64,000 bases of DNA from an uncultured Bifidobacteriaceae bacterium (GCA_964535675.1 CAZHTD010000009.1:469-64468); one strand, 5' to 3'; positions 28,783-38,359 are shown, counted from the stretch's first letter. Notes: a model not told the origin generated them from the letters alone. Program-made: numbers and translations.

Positions 28783-30173
28783 CCGCCGACGCGAGCGGGT
28801 CTCCGCTCGACGCGGTCGTCGTCGGCAGCGGAATCAGCGGCCTCACCACCGCCTACACGCTGCAGCAGCGCGGACTGCGCGTCCGCGTGATCGAGTCCTC
28901 GGACCGGCCGGGGGGCGTGATCCAGACCGAACGGTTCGGCGACTGGGTCATCGACAAGGGTCCGGATGCCCTCTTGGTGCAGAAGACCGCCGGGGTCGAA
29001 TTGTGCCGCGAGATGGGGCTCGGCGACCGCCTGGTGGGCACGCTCGAGCCACGAACCGCCTTCGTGCTGCGGCGCGGCCGACTGCACCCTCTGGTCGAAG
29101 GGTCGTTCCTCGGGTTCCCCGTCCGCACAGGAGCGCTGGCGCGTTCCTCCCTGTTCTCGCTACCGGCCAAGGCACGGATGGCCTGCGAGGTGTGCGTGCC
29201 GCGTGGCAACGTCGAGGACGAGTCGATCGCCTCGTTCGTGCGCCGACGCTTCGGGCAGGAGGCCGTCGACTATCTGGCCGAGCCTCTGCTAGCCGGCATC
29301 CACGCCGGCACCGTGGAACGGCTGTCGATGCGCGCGCTCTTTCCGCACCTGCTCGACGCCGAGCAGCGCTCGGGGAGCGTGCTGCGCGCGGCCCGCGCAC
29401 GACGCGCCGCACCGCCAGCCGGTAGCGCGTTTGTCTCACTCCCGGGCGGCATGGGCGAGCTCATTGCGGCGTTGACGACGGCACTCACGCCCGGCACGTT
29501 GGCCCTCTCGTCGCGGGTGAGCGACCTGCACCGGGTGAGCCGGTACATTGTGGAAACCACCGGCGGTCCGGTCGAGGCGCGTGCGGTTGTGCTCGCGGTG
29601 CCCGCGTACGTGGCTGGCAGCCTGCTGCACGGCATCGACACCACACTGGCCGGCCTGTGCGACGCGGTGCCGTACGCCTCCACGGCGACGGTGGCTTTTG
29701 GATTCCGCCGCGAGCAGGTGCAGCATCCGCTCGCTGGCACCGGGTACGTGGTGCCCCTCCTAGAGCGCAACCCTCTGCTGGCCTCCACTTGGGTTAGCTC
29801 CAAGTGGCCGGGGCGGGCACCGGCTGGCTTTGTCCTGCTCCGGGCTTTCTTGGGCGGGGGCCGGGATCCCCATCGTCTCGACCGCGACGACGACCAGCTG
29901 GTCGAGCTGGCTCGTGCATCCCTCGCCGACACGCTCGGCATCAACGGCTCGCCGCTGTTCACACGGCTCTCACGCTGGGCGCGCCAGAACCCCCAGCACG
30001 AGGTCGGGCACCTGCAACGCGTGGCCGCCATCGAAGCCCGTCTGGCGGCCGTGCCCGGGCTGTTTGTCACCGGCAGTGGCTTCCGTGTGGTGGGAATTCC
30101 CGACTGCATCACCGATGGCCGGGCAACCGCGGCGCTCGTCGCCGACTTCCTCGAACGTCGCGAAGCTGAGTGA
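28779..30173 (+). CDS. hemY: protoporphyrinogen/coproporphyrinogen III oxidase (HemY/CgoX type, FAD)
   Basis: VVVGSGISGLTTAYTL dinucleotide fold, 464 aa, and a 4-nt overlap with hemE. Confidence 0.88.
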   Translation: MTADASGSPLDAVVVGSGISGLTTAYTLQQRGLRVRVIESSDRPGGVIQTERFGDWVIDKGPDALLVQKTAGVELCREMGLGDRLVGTLEPRTAFVLRRGRLHPLVEGSFLGFPVRTGALARSSLFSLPAKARMACEVCVPRGNVEDESIASFVRRRFGQEAVDYLAEPLLAGIHAGTVERLSMRALFPHLLDAEQRSGSVLRAARARRAAPPAGSAFVSLPGGMGELIAALTTALTPGTLALSSRVSDLHRVSRYIVETTGGPVEARAVVLAVPAYVAGSLLHGIDTTLAGLCDAVPYASTATVAFGFRREQVQHPLAGTGYVVPLLERNPLLASTWVSSKWPGRAPAGFVLLRAFLGGGRDPHRLDRDDDQLVELARASLADTLGINGSPLFTRLSRWARQNPQHEVGHLQRVAAIEARLAAVPGLFVTGSGFRVVGIPDCITDGRATAALVADFLERREAE

Positions 30174-30204
30174 GGCACCGCACCCGAGCCTACGCGGCGG
30201 GGGC

Positions 30205-30255
30205 CACTACACCGAACGGCTCGCCGGGGCAGGGATCGAGCCCTCGGTGGGCAGC
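30205..30255 (+). mobile_element. 17-codon scrap of an IS3-family transposase (integrase core)
   Basis: HYTERLAGAGIEPSVGS matches HYTQRLTEAGIEPSVGS in the IS3 fragment at 61300-61870. Confidence 0.5.
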
Positions 30256-30299
30256 TGGGCGCACACTACCGCACCAAGCGCCGCGCATATTCAGCGGCT

Positions 30300-30794
30300 C
30301 CTCCATCTATTGAAGCTGCACGCCGCCGAGCACGTCTCGTGTGGCCTGTGCGAGATCGTCGAGCAGGCCCTCACCTCGTGCGCTTCCGGCTCAAGGAGGC
30401 GGCGATCCGCATCGTGACGCAACTGCTGGAGTCACCGGTCCAGGTCAAGGCTGACGCGGGGCAACTCAACTAGGTCCTCGTCAACCTCGTCTGGAACGCC
30501 GTCGACGCCATGCGTAGGCGCCCGGACCGGCAGATCAGTCTACGCCTGCAGGGGGGAAGGACACCACCACGCTGTCGTATCTTGACCGGGCTACCGGCAT
30601 CGAACCCGATCTGCTCGACCGGCGCTTCGATCCATGTTTCACCACCAAGGAACCCAGCCAAGGCACCGGACCCGGACTGAGTGTCAGCCTGTTGATCGTC
30701 AAGCAGCATGGCGGCACTATCCGGGTAGCCTCGCAGCTCGGGCACGGGCTCGGCGTTCCACGTGATGCTGCCACTCGACGCGGCCTGCCAGTGA
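30300..30794 (+). pseudogene. sensor histidine kinase C-terminal (HATPase_c) remnant with an in-frame stop and frameshifts
   Basis: VQVKADAGQLN*VLVNLVWNAVDAM (N-box), then out of frame FTTKEPSQGTGPGLSVSLLIVKQHGG and GSAFHVMLPL. Confidence 0.7.
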
Positions 30795-30800
30795 GGCCGC

Positions 30801-30959
30801 ATGGCCCGCGGGAATGCGGGCACAGCGATGCTCCGGGCGCTGGTCGACGACGACGAGAACGTCATTCGCGCCGTGGTGCCCTGGGCGCTCGAAACCCGCG
30901 TGGGCTGTATCGTCAACTACGCCCGTAACGGCTCGGACGTGATGGTGCCTAGAGCGTGA
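30801..30959 (+). pseudogene. truncated receiver-domain fragment (52 codons)
   Basis: MLRALVDDDENVIRAVV...NGSDV resembles the first third of a CheY-like receiver and then stops. Confidence 0.45.
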
Positions 30960-31136
30960 CGTGTACTGAGCCCTGCACTATTAACATGCTGCTGGCAGCG
31001 ACCCGCCACGCTATCGGCGACTGACGCGCCAGTCCGACTGGCAAATCGTCCACGGCAGTGTCACCGAAATGACGCGCGACGACCCGTAACGGCGCGGTAA
31101 CATGCGAACAGTCGGCAGCGCGCCGCCCGATGACTC

Positions 31137-31895
31137 ATGAAGCCGTCGATCAATTCACGCGAGGCACGGCCTGCAGCCGCCGAGGTTAAGTTTCTGCTCG
31201 ACGCCTCGACTGCGGAACAGGCGCGCGACTGGATGCGCTGCCACTTGCCGCCCGACGCCTACGGGGGTGGCCCGTTCGGCGACACTTATCGGACCTCGAC
31301 GCTCTACTACGATTCCGAGGCGCGCGACGTCTTCCACCGGCGCGGTTCGCAGGGCCGGGCTAAGTTCCGGGTACGCCGGTACGGCGATGGACGAGAGGTT
31401 TTTTTCGAGCGGAAGCTCAGACGTCCCCGCCTGCTCGTGAAGTGGCGCACGCGCGTAGGCCTCGACACCTTGGACCGACTGGCTAGGAGCACCCTCGCCC
31501 CACACGACGCAGGCTACTGGTTCCAGCGTCGGCTGGTGGGCCGCCAGCTCGCCCCTGCGTGCCAAGTGCGGTATCGCCGGGTCGCCCGGGTTGGGACGGC
31601 TGAGGGCACACTAGTGCGGGTAACGCTCGATGACGAGATCGAGGCGTGGGGCCCCGCGGGTTTCATCTCACCCCCGGCCGACCCCGGTGTGCGCGTGGTT
31701 GCGCCGGGGCAGGTCCTCGAACTGAAGTACGCCGGTTATCCGCCCGCGCTTCTGAGACGGCTGATTGGCGACCTAGGCCTGAGCCCGGTGAGCATGTCGA
31801 AGTACCGCCTCGCGACAACCGCGCTCGGTGCCAGCGACGACACGGGACCGGAGGAACGAGGCCGTCGAACGAGCCCGCTATGCCTGAGTTCCTGA
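31137..31895 (+). CDS. VTC domain-containing protein (polyphosphate polymerase/triphosphate-tunnel-like domain)
   Basis: EVKFLLD..., YRTSTLYYDS, KFRVRRYGDGREVFFERK, VRVTLDDEI, and LELKY strand pattern typical of bacterial VTC-domain proteins. Confidence 0.75.
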   Translation: MKPSINSREARPAAAEVKFLLDASTAEQARDWMRCHLPPDAYGGGPFGDTYRTSTLYYDSEARDVFHRRGSQGRAKFRVRRYGDGREVFFERKLRRPRLLVKWRTRVGLDTLDRLARSTLAPHDAGYWFQRRLVGRQLAPACQVRYRRVARVGTAEGTLVRVTLDDEIEAWGPAGFISPPADPGVRVVAPGQVLELKYAGYPPALLRRLIGDLGLSPVSMSKYRLATTALGASDDTGPEERGRRTSPLCLSS

Positions 31896-32572
31896 CGGCG
31901 CCGTTTGCCAGCGATCTCGCCCTGTCGCCGACCGACGTGCTGGTTCGGCTTGTTGTCTCGCTCGCGCTGGGTGCTGTGGTCGCCTGGGTCTATCGCATGA
32001 CGCGCGAGGCCGACGCGGTGGCACCGTCTTTCCCCGTCACCCTAGCGCTGCTCTGTATCCTGATTGCGATGGTGACTCAGGTCATTGGCGACAACGTGGC
32101 ACGGGCGTTCAGCCTTGTGGGTGCGCTGTCGATCGTCCGGTTCCGAACGGTGGTGCGAGACACCCAGGACACGGCGTACGTGATCTTCGCCGTTGCGGTG
32201 GGTATGGCCGTGGGCGCGGGCAACGCCTGGGTGGCCGTGGCCGGCATCCCGATCGTCGCTGCTGCGGCCTTCCTAATGCGGCCGCCAGACGCTCCGACCC
32301 GCAACGGGTGTCCGTACCGCCTGCAGGTGCGGCTGGGCATCGGCCATGAGAGCGCCGCCACCCTCGGCGCTACACTAGAGGCATTCGCGCTCGGGCCCCA
32401 GTTGGTGGGAACGGCGACGGCCCGCCAAGGAATGGCTCTCGACGTCACCTACGAGACGGCGCTCCGGCCGGGCACGGCGCCCGACGCGATCGTTCAGGCG
32501 CTGAATCGTCTCGAGGGGGTACAGGGGGTCACGATCGAGCGGATGAACGGGCGTGGCGAGGAACCCGCCTGA
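31880..32572 (+). CDS. DUF4956 domain-containing membrane protein
   Basis: ATG at 31880 overlaps the VTC gene end by 16 nt. LVRLVVSLALGAVVAWVYR, LSIVRFRTVVRDTQDTAYVIFAVAVGMAVG. Confidence 0.7.
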   Translation: MPEFLTAPFASDLALSPTDVLVRLVVSLALGAVVAWVYRMTREADAVAPSFPVTLALLCILIAMVTQVIGDNVARAFSLVGALSIVRFRTVVRDTQDTAYVIFAVAVGMAVGAGNAWVAVAGIPIVAAAAFLMRPPDAPTRNGCPYRLQVRLGIGHESAATLGATLEAFALGPQLVGTATARQGMALDVTYETALRPGTAPDAIVQALNRLEGVQGVTIERMNGRGEEPA

Positions 32573-32588
32573 CGCCAGAGAGGAGCCC

Positions 32589-34106
32589 ATGACTGAGCAC
32601 GCCTGGTCTTCGCAGTTCCAGATTGCGACGTTTCGCTGGATCCCCGCGCTCGGCGCGGCAGCCGCCCTCACGCTCCTCACCGATGCCCAGGTCGACGCCC
32701 AGTTCTCCGGCTTCGGCGGCCGCGACCAGGAGCTGCAGATCCTCGGCCAGTTCGACGCCGACGACAACGGCCGTCTGGATGCGGACGAGCGCCGCGTCGC
32801 CCGCGAGTGGGGCGGTCTCGACCGACGGGGCCGTCGCAACGCTGGCGGCCGGCGCACCACCGTCCCGGCGCGTCCCTTGACGCCGGCCGAGGTCGCCATC
32901 TTCCCCAATCGGCCCCTCTATGACATGGAGGCACTGCGCACATTCTTCCTGACTTTCGAGAACGAGGACTGGGAGGCGGAGCTCGAGGTGTTCCGCAACA
33001 CGGATGTCGAGGTGCCGGCCACACTGACAGTCGACGGAGAATCGTACCCGGACGTCGGCGTGCACTTCCGTGGCAACTCATCGTTCCAGCGCGTTCCGAC
33101 CGGGTACAAGCGCTCGCTGAACCTCTCGCTCGACTGGATTCACGAGCGTGCCGACATTGACAGCTACCAGACGTTCAATCTGCTGAACTCCCACGCGGAC
33201 CCGACGTTCCTACGGTCGGTACTCTTCCTCGAGATCGCCCGCCACTACATGCCGGCGCCGAAGGCCAACTTCGTCCGTGTGGCAATCAACGGCGAGAACT
33301 GGGGCATCTACGTGAACCAGCAGCAGTTCAACCGGGATTTCATCGAGGAGTGGTACGACACCCGAGACGGCGCCCGCTGGAACGTACCGGGCAACCCGCG
33401 GGGACGCGCGGGCCTCGAGTACTTTGGCCAGGGGGAGGTCGCCTATCGGCGGGCCTACGACCTGAAGTCCGACGACAACCCCAACGCCTGGCGGGCGCTC
33501 ATGGAGCTGACACGCGTGCTAAACGAGACATCGCTCGACGAACTCCAGGCGGCCCTCGAGCCGATGCTCGATATCGACGAGGTCTTGCGCTTCCTGGCCC
33601 TTGATGTGGCGTTGGTCAACGCCGACGGATACTGGACCCGCGCCAGCGACTACAACCTGTACCTGGACCCGGACGGCCGCTTTCACGTGATCCCGCACGA
33701 CGCAAATGAGACGTTCAGCGAATCGAGAGGCCGCAGCGGGTTCGGCGGACGCACCGGCAGCGTTACGCTGGATCCATTGACGGGTCTCAACGACCGCTCC
33801 ACCCCCCTGCGTTCCCGGCTATTGGCCGTCCCCGAGTTGCGCGAGCGGTACCTGAACTACGTGCGCGACATCGCCGTGAACTACCTCGACTGGGCGGTGC
33901 TCGGCCCGATCGCGGAACGCTACCAAGCCCTGATCGCCGACGACGTGGAGGCGGATGTCCGCCGGCTCGAGCGGTTCGAAGAGTTCCCCGCCGCCCACGA
34001 CGGGGTCGGCAGTCTGCGAAGCTTCGTCGAGCGCCGTCGTGAATACCTCCTGAACTACCTGATGCTGGATCGCCTCACGCCGACGGCGAGAACCGCTGCC
34101 CGCTAG
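32589..34106 (+). CDS. CotH kinase family protein, secreted
   Basis: GAGGAG lies 5 nt upstream of ATG 32589. Signal peptide ...LTLLTDAQVDAQ. NLLNSHADPTFLRSVLFLEIARHYMPAPKANFVRVAINGENWGIYVNQQQF. NADGYWTRASDYNLYLDPDGRFHVIPHDANETF. Confidence 0.85.
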   Translation: MTEHAWSSQFQIATFRWIPALGAAAALTLLTDAQVDAQFSGFGGRDQELQILGQFDADDNGRLDADERRVAREWGGLDRRGRRNAGGRRTTVPARPLTPAEVAIFPNRPLYDMEALRTFFLTFENEDWEAELEVFRNTDVEVPATLTVDGESYPDVGVHFRGNSSFQRVPTGYKRSLNLSLDWIHERADIDSYQTFNLLNSHADPTFLRSVLFLEIARHYMPAPKANFVRVAINGENWGIYVNQQQFNRDFIEEWYDTRDGARWNVPGNPRGRAGLEYFGQGEVAYRRAYDLKSDDNPNAWRALMELTRVLNETSLDELQAALEPMLDIDEVLRFLALDVALVNADGYWTRASDYNLYLDPDGRFHVIPHDANETFSESRGRSGFGGRTGSVTLDPLTGLNDRSTPLRSRLLAVPELRERYLNYVRDIAVNYLDWAVLGPIAERYQALIADDVEADVRRLERFEEFPAAHDGVGSLRSFVERRREYLLNYLMLDRLTPTARTAAR

Positions 34107-34160
34107 GCCCGGCTATGTTGGCACCGACCCTCGGCCGCCCCGACACGGGACGCACACCCC

Positions 34161-34418
34161 ATGACGACTTGGACACAACGACGATGGACCCGGTGGCACT
34201 CGGACGACTGGATGAGCATGGTCGACGTGGATCCCGACGGCACCTACACCTACGGCGCCTGGCAGGGCCACAGTGACGACCCGCCGGACGGCGTCATGAA
34301 GCCCGCCGAAAGCCTGGTGGCCGCCCAGCACCAAGCGTCGGCGTACATCCGCGACCAAGGTCACTGGTGCACCGACCGGTGCAGCTTCTGGATTGCAGAC
34401 CCACCGATCGACGCGTGA
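34161..34418 (+). CDS. hypothetical 85-aa Trp/Asp-rich protein
   Basis: High GC3. The stop overlaps the GTG of the next gene (GTGA). Confidence 0.45.
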   Translation: MTTWTQRRWTRWHSDDWMSMVDVDPDGTYTYGAWQGHSDDPPDGVMKPAESLVAAQHQASAYIRDQGHWCTDRCSFWIADPPIDA

Positions 34419-34855
34419 CGACACCGTCTCCAGCGCCCTTCCTGCAATCTTGGGCCGCCCTGTGCGTCCGCGTGATCCTCGGGCTGATCTTCGGGATGGC
34501 GGGCACCTACAAGACTTTCGTGCAGACGCCAATTGGGCACTACGAGCAGTACTTCCTGCCGTTCGCCGACACGTGGCTGCCGCTCTGGGCCCTTTGGATC
34601 ACGGGGGTGACCGTCCCGCTGGTGGAGTTCCTGGCCGGGTGGCTCGTGGTGCTCGGCTTCCGCATGCGCGAAGCCCTCGTGGCCCTCGGCCTCGACTTGA
34701 TGATCGTCACCTACGGTCACCTGCTCGAGAACCACCTGTACGACTTCACGGGGCACGTGATCCCACGCCTTGCGCTGTTGGTCGTCGTGGTATATCTCGC
34801 AGCCGACGATCGATTCTCGCTCGACGCCTGGCTCCGCTCCCGCAGAGCAGCGTAA
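34415..34855 (+). CDS. DoxX-like membrane protein
   Basis: WAALCVRVILGLIFGMAGTYKTF and four predicted TM helices. Confidence 0.5.
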   Translation: MTTPSPAPFLQSWAALCVRVILGLIFGMAGTYKTFVQTPIGHYEQYFLPFADTWLPLWALWITGVTVPLVEFLAGWLVVLGFRMREALVALGLDLMIVTYGHLLENHLYDFTGHVIPRLALLVVVVYLAADDRFSLDAWLRSRRAA

Positions 34856-35118
34856 CCTGCACACCAGAGCACCGGAGACGGGGCATCTCTGCCTAGCAGT
34901 ATTTCCGGAGCGGCATACGCCTACACGCACGCCGCCGGCGCTCCCCCAAGCGAAATCGCCGCAACCAGCCGGAAAGACAAAGTGACAACGCGTTGGGTCT
35001 CCAGTCACCGGTCAAGCGGCGCATGTGACCGAGTGCGGATCTGGGATCCCCGACTCGCCGCCCCGTGCGCACCAGACAACTCCAAAGTGAGGAGTGCCAC
35101 CCGAGCACCGAAGAAAGG

Positions 35119-35940
35119 CTACTGCGGTTCGCAGTCCGTGAACATCGACTCGCGGCAGGCGATGGCCTGCGCGAGCAGCGCGTCCTGCTGCTCGCGCGAG
35201 AGCGTCATCTCGAGCCGGACGCGGTCGGCACCGCCGCCGAGCTGGCCACCAGAGCTAGCCGCCGCGACGTTCAGCCACATGTAAGCCCGCAGGTCGTCCT
35301 GCGGCACGCCCTCACCAAGCACATAGAGCAGCGCCAGGTTGTGCTGCGCACTCGCCACGCCTTGCTCAGCCGCACGTCGGTACCACTCGGCCGCGGTTGC
35401 CGCGTCCTGCTCCACGCCGTCGCCATTGGCGTAGGTCAGGCCCAAGTTGAACTGGGCGCCGGGATGCCCCAGCGCGGCCGCCCGCGCGTACCACCTCCGG
35501 GCCTCGACGTGATCGACCTCCACCCCGCGGCCGAGTGTGTACATCAGCCCTAGGTTGTTCTGGGCCTGCGCATAATCCTGCGCGGCGGCCCGCCGGTACC
35601 AGTCGACGGCCTCGGCCTCGTCCTGAGCCGTGCCGACGCCGCGTGAGTACAGCAGTCCGAGACTGAACTGTGCCGCGGCGTGGCCCTGCTCGCCTGCCCT
35701 GCGGTACCAGCGGAGCGCCTCGGCGTCGTCACGCTCCACCCCCAGACCGTTGGCGTACACGAGGCCGAGGTTGTATTGGGCGCCCGCCAGGCCCTCCTCG
35801 GCAGCTGCCCGCAGTTCGATCAGACCCGGAACGTCGATCTGGGCGTCCGGTCCGACCTCGAGGGTCTGAGCCGCAACGCCACCACCAGCCAGCAGGGTGA
35901 CGACCATCAGGCCTGCCATCCAGACTCGCGAAACTGTCAT
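35119..35940 (-). CDS. Sel1-repeat (TPR-like) secreted protein
   Basis: Signal peptide followed by six or more AQxNLGLxYxxGxGVxxDxxEAxxWYRRAA repeats. Confidence 0.88.
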   Translation of the reverse strand: MTVSRVWMAGLMVVTLLAGGGVAAQTLEVGPDAQIDVPGLIELRAAAEEGLAGAQYNLGLVYANGLGVERDDAEALRWYRRAGEQGHAAAQFSLGLLYSRGVGTAQDEAEAVDWYRRAAAQDYAQAQNNLGLMYTLGRGVEVDHVEARRWYARAAALGHPGAQFNLGLTYANGDGVEQDAATAAEWYRRAAEQGVASAQHNLALLYVLGEGVPQDDLRAYMWLNVAAASSGGQLGGGADRVRLEMTLSREQQDALLAQAIACRESMFTDCEPQ

Positions 35941-35979
35941 CGACAGTAGTATGAGCTATCAGGCCCGACAAGCACAGGG

Positions 35980-36850
35980 CGTTGCGCCCCAATATGTCAA
36001 GAATCCCCGCCTTTGCCTCCAGGGCAGCGGCGTACGGGGCACGAGCGCCGACGACGAACCGTCCGGCCGTTCTCGCTGCGTCCCCAGCGCCTCGCGCAGC
36101 AGCCCTGCCCCATCCCGGCGCCGGCACGCGCTCGGTTACCGGGCGGCGCGAACGCCTGCAGACAAGCGTCCGCTGCGCTGGGGTCAGCGCTTGAGGATCG
36201 CTGCGAGCGTTCCGAGGAGGAAGCCCGTGAGAGACCGACGCACGGGAAGCGCGGACCTTGACAGAGGCCGCCTCGGCCAAAGTACTCACGTGATGAGCGG
36301 CGAGTCACGAGTGCCTCGCCGCCTGCAACACGGCAGCGGGGCCGCTTGGCAAATCACGTCCGGCTCAACGGCGTCTTTTGTGCGTGCCGTCGTTGCCCAT
36401 GATCAGCTGCACAGCGAGGTGCCGTGTCGATGGCATCCAAGACCTGCCGGAACTCAGTCGCCCTGAGCCGTTGATTTCATGGCGTACGCAGCTCGCGCGT
36501 CTTCAGGTCGAGTGCGGCAAGTAACGTAGTACCCTGCCGACGGTCGGCATGCGTACGGCCCTCGATTGGTCCCGGGCACAGCGGCAGCACCGGCGGGTGC
36601 AATCCGGCGCCTGACTCGGGGAGTTCTCGTCGACGCAGAACATGAGGTGGCGACTGCATGTAGCGGCCGACGATGGCCCGGACTTGGTCACTGGGCAACT
36701 GATCGGTCGACAGCTTGAACGTCTCGGTGCTGCAACCCACAGGCCCGTCAGAGCTGTTGAATCGTCGTGCGCTCCACCCTCCATGCTGGAGCTGCGGTGC
36801 GGCCATGGATGTTCCCTCCGAGTCCCCCATCGCCTGTCAAGCCGAAAATG
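35980..36850 (-). mobile_element. IS630-family transposase pseudogene (several frames, stops)
   Basis: FKLSTDQLPSDQVRAIVGRYMQSPP...GRTHADRRQGTTLLAALDLKTRE, LIMGNDGTHK, FAKRPRCRV. The ends are approximate. Confidence 0.6.
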
Positions 36851-36880
36851 TCCACTTCAAGGGGGGGCACGGTCAGGATA

Positions 36881-38359
36881 TTAGTGACCGCCGGAGGGAT
36901 CGAAAGGCACGAAGTCTTCCGGCGGCAGCTCGAGGTGCACGGCCGTCAGCAGTCCGCCAGCTGCGTGGTCCAGGATGTGGCAATGGAAGAGCCACGTTCC
37001 CGGCCGCTCGTCAAACCGCACGAGCAGCCGCCGAGTTTCCTCGAAGGGAATGTCCACCGTGTCCTTCCACTCGTACGGACGCAGGGGCTCGTAGTTCTCG
37101 TCGAGCACCATGAAGAAGAAGCCGTGCAGATGCAGCGGGTGCGACCACGGCGTCGTGTTTTCGATCGTCCAGATCTGCGTGTCACCGAGCGAGGCGAGAA
37201 TCGGTCGCGTCTCCCAGTACGGAACGCCGTCGAAGCCGTACTCGAAGCGTTTGGTGACCATGTCCTGCTCCAGCGTCAGTTGCATTCCCCGCATGATCGC
37301 GCCCTCGGTGCTGAAGGGCACGATCTCCCGTGACACCTCTGGCAGCGGCGCACCCACGTACTCCGGCTGGTCCGAGATGGTCATCCCTATCAGGTCCTGA
37401 ACCGTCCGAAGCTCGGTGCTGCCGTAGCCCCGATCGTGGAGCTGCGACCGCAACATCAACTCGTCGCCCGGCTCGCCACGCGGCGTAATGATCACATCCG
37501 CGCGCTCGCCCACGCCCAGCACGAGGAAGTCCTCCTCGACGGGGTACTCGAGCAGCCCGCCATCGCTGCCGATCCGCGTGAACGTGTACTCCTCGCCAAG
37601 ATCCAGCTTGTAGTACCGGCTCTTGGCGGCGTTGATGATGCGCCAGCGCTGCGGTGCGCCAGAGCGCGCCATCAGAAGTGGCGTCTTCCTCCCGTTGACC
37701 AGTACGTGGTTGCCCTCGCGTCCGAAGGCCATGCCGGCAGAGCCGCCCGAGTTGGGATCCTCCAGCTCACCCTGCTCGGTGACGGCGATATCGCTCAGGA
37801 GGATCACCAGTTCGTCGACAACGCCCACCGTCTGCTGCTCCGCGGGCGCCTCGGACAGAAATGCGCCGTAGAGGCCGTAGCCGACCTGCATCGCCGACAT
37901 GACGTGCGGGTGGTACCAGAAGGTGCCCGCGTCGGGCACGATGAAGTCGTAAGTAAAACTCTCACCCGGCAGGACCGGGTCCTGCGAGTAGCCAGGCACG
38001 CCGTCCATAAAGATCGGGATCCGTAGCCCGTGGTAGTGAATCGTCGAGGGATCCGGCAACGAGTTGGTGAAGTGGATGATTAGCCGGTCCCCGACGTTCA
38101 CGCGGATCAACGGCCCCGGAATCATGCCGTTGTATGTCCAGGCCTCGACCACCAGGCCCGGCTCGACTTCAAACGGCTCGACGCGCGCTTCGAGTTCGAC
38201 CTCCACGATACGAGGATCGGGGTTCAAGTCCGGCGCCTCTGGCATTCGGATGCCGTCGTCCCACCCATCGGCCTGTAGCGAGTCCTGCGCCGCCCCCGGG
38301 GCGACCATCCCGAAGCCCAGCACCAGTACCCCGAGCCAGCGTCCTGTTGCCGCACACAT
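36881..38359 (-). CDS. multicopper oxidase
   Basis: Copper ligand motifs HYHGL, WYHPH, HPLHLHG and HCHILDH. GAGGAGG lies 5 nt upstream of ATG 38359. Sec signal. Confidence 0.9.
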   Translation of the reverse strand: MCAATGRWLGVLVLGFGMVAPGAAQDSLQADGWDDGIRMPEAPDLNPDPRIVEVELEARVEPFEVEPGLVVEAWTYNGMIPGPLIRVNVGDRLIIHFTNSLPDPSTIHYHGLRIPIFMDGVPGYSQDPVLPGESFTYDFIVPDAGTFWYHPHVMSAMQVGYGLYGAFLSEAPAEQQTVGVVDELVILLSDIAVTEQGELEDPNSGGSAGMAFGREGNHVLVNGRKTPLLMARSGAPQRWRIINAAKSRYYKLDLGEEYTFTRIGSDGGLLEYPVEEDFLVLGVGERADVIITPRGEPGDELMLRSQLHDRGYGSTELRTVQDLIGMTISDQPEYVGAPLPEVSREIVPFSTEGAIMRGMQLTLEQDMVTKRFEYGFDGVPYWETRPILASLGDTQIWTIENTTPWSHPLHLHGFFFMVLDENYEPLRPYEWKDTVDIPFEETRRLLVRFDERPGTWLFHCHILDHAAGGLLTAVHLELPPEDFVPFDPSGGH

